This document shows positions 48,901 through 60,909 of a stretch of 64,000 nt of DNA, piece after piece. Both the position numbers and the translations under genes were made by a program. The notes beneath the pieces were generated by a model, which saw only the letters and a program-made list of their open reading frames with translations, was not told where the DNA came from and did not search any database. The number at the start of each line of letters is the position of its first letter. The first letter of the stretch is position 1. Source of the DNA: the human T2T-CHM13v2.0 reference genome, Homo sapiens. Location: NCBI RefSeq assembly GCF_009914755.1, contig NC_060936.1. One strand, 5' to 3'.

Positions 48901-51900
48901 TGCCAATGTGAGAGTTTGTATCTGCTGATGGTAGCAGCAATAAGTGAAGTGCTGGTAAGGAAAGGTCAGGCAGAAATCTGGAAAGAGAGAGGGAGGAGAG
49001 GAAATGTGACATGAGTTAGCAGAGCCCTTCCATATACCTTTCTTCTCCGTTTAATTGTAATAAAGCAAAAGCAGCTCGGGTAGCCTCTCAACCTCTTAGC
49101 TCAAAAGAGGAATCACCAGCGCAGGCCTTGGAGGTGTTTGGGGGCAGTTCTCAGCAGCTTAACATGCCCAATCTGCCCTCTTCCTCCTTTCCCCCTCCCT
49201 GCTGATCCCCAGCTCCCTTCAACTGGTCAGCCCGGGCCCTGTCCCCAAAATATTAGCACCCCCAAATGATATCCATTTCTGTGTTAGGTGTGTCAAATTT
49301 CACTTCTCTCCATACCTAAACTTTGAAAGGAGGAGTGTACCTTTTTGGAATGCGGTGTGTGTAGGGGGGGCAGGTATGTGCTCAGACAGCTTCCCCCATC
49401 ATATCTATGGGAAACTGGAAGCCCCTTAGGTGAGCCATGCTTTGGTGTTCCCAAACAGCATTCCCTGCATTCAGGTTCTCTGGCAGACCAGGAGGCTCTT
49501 TGCGATCTGATCCTTTGACTAGGAGTTCCATGGAGATCAAAGGAGCTTATTTATACACAAAACACCAGGCATTTGGAGTAGAATTTATTTTTTAATTTCT
49601 AAATAAAAAAGTCTAATCATAGACCAATCGGGCCAACTGAGCAGTCGCTCCAGAACAGCAAAGCCTTAACCAAATAGTGTGATTATGAGGGGAGCTGAGC
49701 AATTACTGAAACTCGGCTTTCTCCGTAAGAGGGATTTTAGCCCTCGCCCAGTGGCACAAAAGGGGCCAGCGGGGCAACCGTTCTTCTCTTGCTCAGAAAA
49801 GTGAGACTTGGGGGTGGTGGGGGCAGGGTCGGGCAGCTGCGGTCGCGTCCAGGCAGCTGAGCACCCAGGCCAGGCGCTGAGGCTGAGCACTGAGTCCTGA
49901 GGCTCCAGTGCTTGGGTCCCCGAGCAGCCTCCGGAGGCACCGAGCTGTAGTTGCGGCGCGGCAGTCAGGAATGGAGTATGTGTATCTGTGTGCGAGGGTT
50001 GGTGAGTTACAAACATCCGCGCAGAGTTAGGGGATCTGGGGAGAGAGAGGAGACAGGGAGAACACAACTAAGGAGGACCTCTGGAAAATATTGTCCCCAA
50101 ATAAAAATTCCAGATCTCATCCCTCTCACTTCAAATATCCCTCCCCAGGAAATTAATATATTTCCCAGAGCTGAGTGGAAAGCAAAGGCCAGCAAGGTGA
50201 GGCCTGCCCACGAACTTCTTCAGGCTGGGTCCAGTCCCACCCACCCTTTCCCCAGTTCAGAGCTCACATGCCCCCAGCCTTTCCCTGGCCTAAAGGGGAG
50301 TAAGGCTGGAGTGGTAGCATTTAACTTGCCTAGGGAAATCCCCAAGTGCCCAGGCTGCAATGCCACCCTTATCCTTGGGGACTCCAGGCCAGTGACTGCA
50401 CCCCACTCAGGTCCAAGGCGCAGGCAGTAAATTTCTCTCCTATAATTAGCGCTATCAAAAGCATGTGTTTTGCATTGGAGAGGACTGGAGAAGCAAGTGG
50501 CAATTTTTCCCTTGTATTCTTTTTCTGTGTTTTTTGAATTCTGTTTTTGAATCCACTAATTAAAGCTTCTCTGAAAGTGAAAATCTGCTCTTGACACCAA
50601 GCCCCTTCCGAATGCCTGATTTGGGAGGCTAAGGGGCCAGAGCAGCAGCAAGGAGACCTGCAAGCCTGATGGGGTTGGGGGGTAGTGTTCTCTGATTTCT
50701 TTAGGCTCATTTTATAGAAACAAAGAACAAGTTCTCTCCCCTCCTTCCCAAGACTTGTGCATATTTACAGAGCACAACTGCAGTTTTAATAAAACATCTG
50801 TTCTTGCTTCTGCTGATGAGTTTCCATAATTGTTTTCAGACAAATTTAACAGGAAAATATAAATATATTTAGAAAAATCTAAGTCCCAGCTTTCCCCCTA
50901 TAGACAGCCATTCTTTTGCCAAAAAAATAAAATTAACATGAAATGGGAAAAAGAAAATATAATCCAATGTAGGGAAGATCGGGCTCATCTGACCTGCTCT
51001 CCCCCCTTGGAGCGAATCCTTTCAGCAAATTTCAGCTGCATAATTAAAGATCTAAGAGAAAGAAGAGGGCTTCTTCTTTCCTCAGGAATGAAAGGTAATT
51101 GGGGGGGGGGTGTTGAAAATTAATTTTGCCAAAGGTCTTTAAGCAGTGGAGGAATTTATTTGTATTTCTGTTTCCCCTTCTCTCCCCCTTCCAGCATTTC
51201 TGCCTTTTTCACCCAGCAGCTGGTTTCTGTTCATTATAAATCGGCGAGACCTTTCAGTCTCTGCCCTCTGTTTAGGGACGTCATAAAACACTTAACTTTC
51301 TGGGGCTGAGGCTCACATTCTGCCTCTCAGGTCGCCAACCTCCCTGAGCCCACCGACTTTAGGCCCCAATAGAGAATCTCCCCAACTTTGGGGCCCCTTT
51401 CCTCTCCAGACATGGTTGAGGAGGGGCTCAAGGAAACCTAGGCATCCTTGCTGGGGGCTGTAGTCCATGCTGCCCCAGAAGCCCCTTCTTTCTTCCAAGG
51501 TCCTTCCCTCCCCCACCCAGACATAAAAGAGATTTTTAAATACATAGAAAATCAACACTCATTGAAAGTGAAACCTCATTAAGACATCCTATCTTCCATC
51601 ATTCAATTTGTTGTACATTGCAACAATTTAATATCTTGAAGGAAATATCACTGACATGATTTATCCCTCTAGCAATCTCTCTCTGAAATTGGAGTGGGGG
51701 ACAGAGTTACTCTCTCTTCCGGCCTCTTCTACTTGTTACACCACTACCCTTAGGGCAGAAAGGAGGCTGGGAACTCTGAGAGAGGCTACTTGTGTCCAGG
51801 GGTGCACTGACTTGTTCCCTAGCTCAGTCCCCAGAGTACTCCTGCCTTGTTGTCTCTCCCCCACCTCTTGCCCTCCAGGGGGTCTGAAGCCTCAGCCAGC

Positions 51901-53938
51901 TGTTGGAAACCTCTGCTCAGGCATGCCATGAATTCGAGGACAGCTGGATTCTAGGGCAAAAAGCAACTCACATTGGTGTCTATGTTTGTGTACCTGCCAA
52001 GTCACCCCAAAAATGAGATAACTCATCTAAAATTTTTTTTCTTAATTTAAAAATCCTCCTCTACCCTTTCCCCTTCATTTCCTTGGGGAGAAGAAAGTGT
52101 GATCTAGAAGGAGGAACCTTTATAATTATAGGAGTCTTTCCCCTTCCCTTCCAAATACCGACAAATTTCTGTCCTTTCTGGAGGATTGGGGCTGTATTTT
52201 CTAAAACCAACACAAATTGTCTGGCAGGAAGACTCTTCAACCCCCTAACGAGGTTCATGTATTAACTAACATGTTGTCTCCACCAGCTCCTGCACACTGT
52301 CTGCTTTTGGGTTCGAAACTTTATTTTTCCCCCCTAGCGACACTCCAGGGAAACCTTAACGTTACAGAAGATGAATAAACGAGTTTTTTCTCAGCATAGT
52401 CCCGTTTATGGCTTTATTGCTACCCATTGATTACTCCGCTTTGTTACACAGAAGGAAAAGATCATAAAATCCGGCGACATCCGGGTTCTTGTTATAGCCA
52501 GCTTTCCCCCCCCCCAACCCACCCAAAAATGGTGGGGGGGGGGGGAATATGAGCTTTCTCTCCTCCCCGCACACTCCCCACCACCCTTCTTTGTCAACTC
52601 AAGGCATTTTCAGCCTATATCACGATATCAAATTAAGTTTGGACTAATCAGGAGAAAACCCCCATCTGCACACTTTCCGCTGTTTCAGTTCGCCTACTGC
52701 GGCTCCCTCACAAGCCTCGGATTCAGCTGCCTTTTCGTAACCGTCTCTTCCCTTTTTTTAGCCCCAAGATGGGGGAATAAAATGGGCGTTGAGGTTGCTG
52801 AGAGGCCCATCCCCACCACGGGTGACTGGCACTTGGGTGAGAGCTCCTTAGAACCCCTTTCTGAAGTCTCCAAGCCTCATAGCTCAGGTCCAGGGGCGCC
52901 TCCACTGGCGGTGCCCTGAGTCTGGAGGGGGCAGGGGGGCTTCTGACCAAGGCAGGGGCTTGAGCCTGCAGGAAGCTAACTGTCCATCAGAGCCCCACCA
53001 GCCTTCTCTTTCTGGCTGGATCCTATGTGAATTACCCCACAGGCCCTCACTGGCTCCAAATAATAAATTCTCACCAACATAAACAGGAGTTGATGTCTCT
53101 AGAAAGATTCTCAGAGTTTTCGTTCTTCCTCTCTCTCTCTTTCTCTCTGTCTTTCCCCCTCCGGTGCCACCTCCCTACATTTTACTTCTTTTTCTCCTTT
53201 TTCTATTGCATTTTTATACATTTTCCCTTTTAGGCAAAAATGCTGGAAGAGTTTTCCCAAAAGAGGGGTCCTGAGAAGGAGGCAGAAGGGAGCCAGGAGG
53301 CAAAGGAGAGCAGATGCGTGGCCCATTTGCCCACTCCAGCTCTGCCACTGTACCCTGAAGTCTTGCCCCTTTAGACCTAGTTGTTCCCCACATCCCTACT
53401 ACATTCAAGACTCTCAGCCACACTCTACTTACTCAGGGGAACAGGTTTTATGAAATTTCTTTCTACTTTTGATTTTTTTTTAATTATTGGTGAAAAAAAT
53501 ACTAGTTTAGTGATGGGACTCACTCCATGGAGTGTCAAAACAGGATTTCCTGCAGGATTTCTAGGGACCCCCCTCCTGTGCTGGGAGGGAGTTCCTCCCT
53601 TGGAGAAATCAGGATGTAATTTTAGAAGGGGGCAGATATAAAACATGAAACCAGATTGAAAATACAGGGGTTTCTCTAGCCCTGGCTCTGGCCACAGCAC
53701 AGCAAAGTTAGCTGGGGCTGAGAGATTTCCTGGTAGTACAGCTCTCCTTCCCTGAGTCCCAAGGCCCTGCTCAGGGACATGCACCCCTCCTTCACCACCA
53801 AACCAGTTCCCTTACATATATATATATATATTTTAAAAGAAATCCAAGTCTTACTTTCAAAGCACACACTTAGTCTCAACTAGGGAATCAACAGAAGCAG
53901 AAGCGATTTTTTTCCCCCTTCCTGACATCTGGCTTGCG

Positions 53939-54005
53939 ATTGGCTGGGAGGGGGTCAGCTGACTTTGTCATTTTGTCTGTCCTGGATTGGAGCCGTCCCT
54001 ATAAC
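53939..54005 (+). promoter_or_regulatory. HOXC6 proximal promoter
   Basis: ATTGG 53939-53943, palindromic GTCAGCTGAC 53954-53963, a second ATTGG near 53986, TATAA near 54000. Confidence 0.6.
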
Positions 54006-54082
54006 CATCTAGTTCCGAGTACAAACTGGAGACAGAAATAAATATTAAAGAAATCATAGACCGACCAGGTAAAGGCAAAGGG

Positions 54083-54482
54083 ATGAATTCCTACTTCACT
54101 AACCCTTCCTTATCCTGCCACCTCGCCGGGGGCCAGGACGTCCTCCCCAACGTCGCCCTCAATTCCACCGCCTATGATCCAGTGAGGCATTTCTCGACCT
54201 ATGGAGCGGCCGTTGCCCAGAACCGGATCTACTCGACTCCCTTTTATTCGCCACAGGAGAATGTCGTGTTCAGTTCCAGCCGGGGGCCGTATGACTATGG
54301 ATCTAATTCCTTTTACCAGGAGAAAGACATGCTCTCAAACTGCAGACAAAACACCTTAGGACATAACACACAGACCTCAATCGCTCAGGATTTTAGTTCT
54401 GAGCAGGGCAGGACTGCGCCCCAGGACCAGAAAGCCAGTATCCAGATTTACCCCTGGATGCAGCGAATGAATTCGCACAGTG
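54083..54482 (+). CDS. HOXC6: HOXC6 exon 1 coding (in-frame M83 at 54329 would give the 153-aa short isoform)
   Basis: [14 protein letters not shown]...[14 protein letters not shown]; donor G|GTGAGT. With exon 2 gives 235 aa. Confidence 0.98.
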
Positions 54483-55185
54483 GTGAGTTTTACAGCTCCG
54501 AGATATAAATTAAATAAACTGAACTGGCTTTATGACCGGCTTCCCTAGAAGAACGGGCGGAGAGAGTTTTTTATGGCCCCATAAAAACAATCACGCTCGT
54601 CTCCTCACCGAGACAGGGCCCCCTCTTCTGCCCCCTCAGCTCGCCTCTCGCTCGCTTGCAGGGGCCTGGCCCCCTTGGCCCCTGACGGATTGGAGGGCCC
54701 CAAGGCGGGCTGAGGGGGCAGGAACAGGGCAGGGGATGAGGGGAGGGAGCAGAAGATAGGGGAGCCCCCCAAAGTGGAGTCAGTCTGAGGAGAAGGGAGG
54801 GGGAGAGGAGAGGCAGATAAGTGGGGAGAAGTTTCCAAGGAACTAGGATGCTTGGGGAGATGGGGGAGCCCAGTCCTTGAGAAAGGGGGCCCTCATCCCC
54901 ATTATCTGGGATTTTTCAAAAATCTGCTTTTAGACTTGCAGCTTTCTGTTTGCCTTTTGCCCCGCCCCCCCGCCCCCCCCCCCCCCCACCACACACCTTT
55001 CTTTGGGACACACAGGTCCCACCTTATAGGAGGTCTGAAGTTGGGGTCCTCGCTGTACCCCCAGTGGGGGTGGGGCAAGGCAAAAGGGAGAAGGCTAGAG
55101 CCCTAAGGAGGCTGTGAGCTGCTGGCCAGGTTGGGAGGGTCAGGACTTTGCTAGGCGAAACAGTCTGCAGAGGACGCTTTGCTGA

Positions 55186-55527
<342 letters not shown>

Positions 55528-56283
55528 CCAGGACTGTCCCTGCCACCCCTCTCTCCCTTTCTCCCTCGCTCCCCACCAACTCTCCCCTAATCACACACTC
55601 TGTATTTATCACTGGCACAATTGATGTGTTTTGATTCCCTAAAACAAAATTAGGGAGTCAAACGTGGACCTGAAAGTCAGCTCTGGACCCCCTCCCTCAC
55701 CGCACAACTCTCTTTCACCACGCGCCTCCTCCTCCTCGCTCCCTTGCTAGCTCGTTCTCGGCTTGTCTACAGGCCCTTTTCCCCGTCCAGGCCTTGGGGG
55801 CTCGGACCCTGAACTCAGACTCTACAGATTGCCCTCCAAGTGAGGACTTGGCTCCCCCACTCCTTCGACGCCCCCACCCCCGCCCCCCGTGCAGAGAGCC
55901 GGCCCCTGGGCCTGCTGGGGCCTCTGCTCCAGGGCCTCAGGGCCCGGCCTGGCAGCCGGGGAGGGCCGGAGGCCCAAGGAGGGCGCGCCTTGGCCCCACA
56001 CCAACCCCCAGGGCCTCCCCGCAGTCCCTGCCTAGCCCCTCTGCCCCAGCAAATGCCCAGCCCAGGCAAATTGTATTTAAAGAATCCTGGGGGTCATTAT
56101 GGCATTTTACAAACTGTGACCGTTTCTGTGTGAAGATTTTTAGCTGTATTTGTGGTCTCTGTATTTATATTTATGTTTAGCACCGTCAGTGTTCCTATCC
56201 AATTTCAAAAAAGGAAAAAAAAGAGGGAAAATTACAAAAAGAGAGAAAAAAAGTGAATGACGTTTGTTTAGCCAGTAGGAGAA

Positions 56284-56364
56284 AATAAATAAATAAATAA
56301 ATCCCTTCGTGTTACCCTCCTGTATAAATCCAACCTCTGGGTCCGTTCTCGAATATTTAATAAA
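56284..56364 (+). terminator. HOXC6 polyadenylation signals
   Basis: Overlapping AATAAA hexamers in an (AAAT)n run at 56284-56301 and a single AATAAA at 56359-56364. Confidence 0.7.
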
Positions 56365-58305
56365 ACTGATATTATTTTTAAAACTTTATACCGGGAATTC
56401 TGTTAATTCGCTCGCCCGCCGGCCTCAGGGTGAGAGCTGGAGCAGGCTCCAAGCGCTCCCGCGCCTGCCGGCCCCCTGCAAGCCCCCAGCCCTCTGCACT
56501 CGCCTTCCCCGTAGCCCAGGCGCCCGGCCCCGGCCTTCTGTTCGTTCTCGCGATCGCACTGAGGGGCTGGGAGGCCTCTCTGGGCTCCCTGCGCGGAGCA
56601 ACACACACACCCTGCGGGAAAAAGCCGCGTAGGATTTTGTTGCGGGGGGAGCCGGGATCAGTCGGTTTGGGCACCAACCCCACGCAGGCCTTTCTTCCTG
56701 CCTGTGGCAGCCGGTGTCCTCGGCGTCCGAACCCTGAGGCGCCCCGAAAGACCAGTAAAGAAGCACTATCCAGGCACCAGTGTCTCCTCCACCCACTCCC
56801 GGGAGTTGGAGGCGGGGGGCGCCGTGAGAGCAAGCCCCAGGCCCGCGCCAAGCTGGCTGTTGCGAAACGTAGCGGAGGCGGAGAGCGGAGGGAAAGAGAA
56901 GACCGCGGGACTGGAGCCCTGTCGGCAGGGATTGAGCGATTCAAGGACATCTCGAGAGAGAAAGCCTGGAAACTGAGCTCTCGCCTGCTCTGGTACTCCT
57001 GACGTGGCCGGGACAAAATTCCTTCTTCATTACAGCTCCAGCCGGGCTGGTTCCTTACTTTTCTCTCCTCAAACGGGTGAAGAGGCGGGTGAGGAGCGCA
57101 GCCGGACCCTAACCATTTATCAACCCTGGCCTTCTCTCTCCAAGCCTGGCCAGAGAAACCTGAGTGGGCCTACAGGGAGAGGTGTTGAGGAGGGTCTCCG
57201 GAGGGAAAAAATCCGCCAGAGTTTTCCGGGCCCTTCAGATTCCCTCCAGCGTCCCCACCCTCGCCTCCAGTGCCTCCACCAGTGAGGAGGGGGCCTTCTC
57301 CTGGCGGGGCGGAGATTTCCTGGGAAGAAGCAGGCAGGGAAGTATGAGACTTGGGGCTACGGGGGAAGAGGATGGGGCCGAATGGCTGCAGATACCCTGC
57401 GAAGGCTACCCAGGCGCCTGCCCTGCCCACCCCCCAGGTCCGCCCCATTCCTCTTGGTAGCTCAGAAATTGCTCTCTTGTGAACCTTATGGATTCAGGTC
57501 CCTGGAAAGCCTAGCCCAGAGACCTTTTCCCCAAAGGGCACATAACGGGCCTTTTCCTCTGCCATGCTCACGTAATATTTGTGGAGGCTTCAATCTTGCT
57601 TCTCCATGTCCTCAATTAACATCTATTTTCTGTCTAAAACCTCTGGCATAGGTACCACATAAGGATCGCACACAGGGAAACAGAGCAGTCCTCTAGACCA
57701 TTGTCTGGCTCTGTCCGTGTCCACACACACACTTGAAAATTGCCTTGTTGCCACTCTGGGGACCCTAGCATGGTGAGGTCTAGCCAACTCCACCTGGCTC
57801 CTCACCTCCAGATCCATCCCAAACAGCCTGCAACACCCTCAGCTTCATGACCCCCCTATCTTGTTCTGACCACTCAGGATCCCTCCTCCTGGGCGTCCTG
57901 TCTACCTCTTCAGAAGCTAATTCTACTTTCTCTTGCTGATAGGCACCTCTTCAGCAGTAGTGGAGCCTTAGGGCCTGAGAGGCAAGGGACTTCTACCTTT
58001 GGTTTAGGGAACCTAAGTTAAACCCCATTGGTTCTCCAGCCTGGGCATAGGCCACCTTACCTAACTTAATCCCCTTTCCTCAGCCATTTTTGAAGATTGG
58101 AAGACCCTGGAGGTTGGGAGAACGGGACTTTCATTACAAAAAGCACTCTGTGCGTTATAAGTGGGGCCTCGTCTTTTCCCAATTTTAAATAGAATTTAAA
58201 AGGCTAGCTCAGGGGTTGCCCCAACAACCAGCTTCTCCTTCACAGTGTAGGAAATCCAGCCACCGGAAAGCAAGCTGGCGCTCCAGGATGCAATTCCCCC
58301 ACATA

Positions 58306-58322
58306 GGCACCAGGTGTCGCTG
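58306..58322 (+). promoter_or_regulatory. CTCF motif between HOXC6 and HOXC5 (candidate C5|6 boundary)
   Basis: GGCACCAGGTGTCGCTG; a CTCF boundary between Hoxc5 and Hoxc6 is known in mouse. Confidence 0.65.
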
Positions 58323-58487
58323 TGGGCTTGTTGTCCCGGCTACCCCCAATTCCAAGAACCTTTTTTTTTTTTTCCCTCCCCCTTCCCTCTTTCTCTCTCT
58401 CACTCCCTCTCCCCCTTGGTTGGGCTTTGCCAACATATCGAGATGCTTTTCGCCGGCTTCCATCACTAACCTCCCGGAGGTCATCAA

Positions 58488-58590
58488 GCCAAATTTATGA
58501 GTGGCCGCTCGAGTCACGTGACTCTATTTAAGGCTCCCTTATTTGGGAAGAGCGCATAGGATAAAGAAAGAGATATCTCCACCTATAAAT
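58488..58590 (+). promoter_or_regulatory. HOXC5 promoter: Hox/Cdx site, palindromic E-box, TATA-like elements
   Basis: TTTATGA near 58494; GAGTCACGTGACTC 58511-58524; TATTTAA 58525-58531; TATAAA near 58584. Confidence 0.65.
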
Positions 58591-58687
58591 TGTCCACTTT
58601 GGAGAACAAAAAACCCCTCAACTTCAAAGAGTCACAAATCACCCTTAATCAAAAAGGGTGCAGAAATTTTTTTGGGCCCTCCCCGCC

Positions 58688-59141
58688 ATGAGCTCCTACG
58701 TAGCCAATTCATTCTATAAGCAGAGCCCCAATATCCCTGCCTATAACATGCAAACTTGTGGGAACTATGGATCGGCCTCAGAGGTGCAGGCATCCAGGTA
58801 CTGCTACGGCGGATTGGACTTAAGCATCACTTTCCCACCGCCTGCGCCTTCCAACTCTCTCCACGGGGTAGACATGGCTGCCAACCCCCGGGCTCACCCC
58901 GACCGCCCCGCCTGCAGCGCCGCGGCCGCTCCGGGACACGCTCCGGGCAGAGACGAAGCGGCTCCTCTGAACCCCGGGATGTACAGTCAGAAGGCGGCTC
59001 GCCCGGCGCTGGAGGAGCGAGCTAAGAGCAGTGGGGAGATCAAAGAGGAGCAGGCGCAGACAGGGCAGCCCGCCGGACTGAGCCAGCCACCGGCCCCGCC
59101 ACAGATTTACCCGTGGATGACCAAACTGCACATGAGCCACG
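58688..59141 (+). CDS. HOXC5: HOXC5 exon 1 coding
   Basis: Kozak-like GCCATG; MSSYVANSFYKQ...PQIYPWMTKLHMSH; donor G|GTAAAC. With exon 2 gives 222 aa. Confidence 0.98.
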
Positions 59142-59514
59142 GTAAACTTTAGGACTTCATTTTGCGCTCTCGGGTCCGCCTGGGTTTTATAGGCCATGCG
59201 GGGCAAATAAAGAAAAAAAACCTGCGGCCATAAATTTTACGATCCAGGCATCAATGGCTCGTAAAACTGTCCACTAAAAGGCTTAGAGGCTGTGTGCGCC
59301 CAAATTTACGACGACATAATTGGATCATAGGAACAAAACGTGTATAAAAGGCAATATTCAATTTTTGGGGGAGAGGGAGGGAGTTAAAAAAATAGAGGGA
59401 TCTGAAGGGTGAGGAGCGCGGGGCTCCAGAGCGGGGATCCCCCCGCGGCTCCCTCCCTCCCTCCCCTGCGGAGCCGGCTCCGCCGGCGCTTGCGGCTCCG
59501 GAGGATTCCAGCGA

Positions 59515-59610
59515 CTCGGGAGGGGCGGGAGGGGGGTCCCCGGTGCTCGGATCTCGAGGGTGCTTATTGTTCGGTCCGAGCCTGGGTCTCCCTCTTCCCC
59601 CCAACCCCCC
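59515..59610 (+). ncRNA. MIR615: pre-miR-615 in the HOXC5 intron (5p 59532-59553; 3p 59575-59596)
   Basis: Arms GGGGGTCCCCGGTGCTCGGATC and TCCGAGCCTGGGTCTCCCTCTT can pair; matches the miR-615 sequence and location. Confidence 0.96.
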
Positions 59611-59842
59611 CTCAGCCCCTCCGGCTGCAGAGTGAAGGCTGCGGTGGAAAGTTTCCTGCCTGGGCGGAGGCGCCTCTCCCGGGGCTGGGCTGGGCTGGCC
59701 CGCCTGCGGCCCGCGTGGCCTGTCTTGCGGCTCTCGCCTCCTCTCCCTCCGGCCGCGGGTGGGGGCCTGGGCTGGGGTGGGGACGGGGGAAAGCTGCAAG
59801 CTATTCACCCCTTCCTGGCTTGGGGTGGGGTTTATGTTCCAG

Positions 59843-60057
59843 AGACGGACGGCAAGCGGTCCCGAACCAGTTACACGCGCTACCAGACTCTGGAACTCGA
59901 GAAAGAATTCCACTTTAACCGCTACCTCACTCGCCGCAGGCGCATAGAGATCGCCAACAACTTGTGTCTCAATGAGAGACAGATCAAGATCTGGTTCCAG
60001 AACCGCAGGATGAAGTGGAAGAAAGATTCCAAAATGAAAAGCAAAGAGGCTCTTTAG
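59843..60057 (+). CDS. HOXC5: HOXC5 exon 2 coding (homeodomain)
   Basis: Acceptor TTCCAG|AG; [70 protein letters not shown]. Confidence 0.98.
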
Positions 60058-60903
60058 AGGCAGCGGGGGAGGCCCGCAGAGCGCGCCCCTAGCCGGTTCC
60101 TGTCCCTGCGCCTTTCCTTTTCGCCTTTCCTCTCTATATTTCGGGTCGGGGGCAGGTGCTGGAGCACTGGGCTCCCGGGCCCCACAGACAAAAGCGCTTT
60201 TCCTTGGCATTCCGCATCCCTACCGACCCAGGGTTCCCGCGGGGCTGTCGGCGCTGCCCCATCTCCCCTCAGCTCGGCTCAGCTCGGTACCCGGGGCCCA
60301 GGGCAAGCTCCGTAGGACTTCCCCGGAGGGCTGCGGCGTACAGGCTGGCGCAGAACGAACCTTGGCCTGGGCCGTATCTCCGGCTCCCAGCCTCAGCGCG
60401 GCCCTCCCGAGTTAAGGTGGGCCCGGCCCGCGCCACAGGACCCTCGCCGGACCCTCTAACCTCGCCCTCTCCTTTGTTCCCGGCTGGACGGGTTAGACAG
60501 CCAAAGGCTGGCGAGAGTCTGGCCCTAAACTCGGGGTGCTTCCTTGTAGCGACTAAACTAGATTTTCACTTATGAATGATTTGCATATGAAAGGAGAGCA
60601 TCGGCCTAGGGCCCCCACAGTTGCTCTATGCTTTCCAAACCTTATCTCCACAACCTCTTCCCCCCAAAACCCGGGAACCTCCCCAGCCTGCGCCTGCTGC
60701 ATGCCCTCTCAGGCCGGCAGCCCCAGCCTGCTAGCTAGCTCAACTAGTGGGGTTTCCTGGCACTGGACCCCAGCAAGTGGTCCTAGAGGCCCTTTGCTGT
60801 CCCATAGTCCCTGCCACGAATTTCTGTGCCCTCCTGACCCATTGCTGTTGTCCAACTATTTATTGACTCTGGGTCCTTCCTGAAACTATATTTTGTCATA
60901 TCA

Positions 60904-60909
60904 AATAAA
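60904..60909 (+). terminator. HOXC5 polyadenylation signal
   Basis: AATAAA about 850 nt after the stop codon, with GT-rich sequence downstream. Confidence 0.7.

Noticed and set aside
38300-54000. HOXC7 pseudogene relic
   Set aside because: No homeobox- or hexapeptide-like sequence seen in the ORF track or by eye.
58658-58687. GTG-initiated N-terminal extension of HOXC5
   Set aside because: The ATG at 58688 has a good context and yields the known 222-aa protein with the conserved MSSY start.
59251-60210. 319-aa antisense ORF over the HOXC5 intron and exon 2
   Set aside because: Pro/Gly/Arg-rich CpG-island translation plus homeobox shadow; no independent coding evidence.
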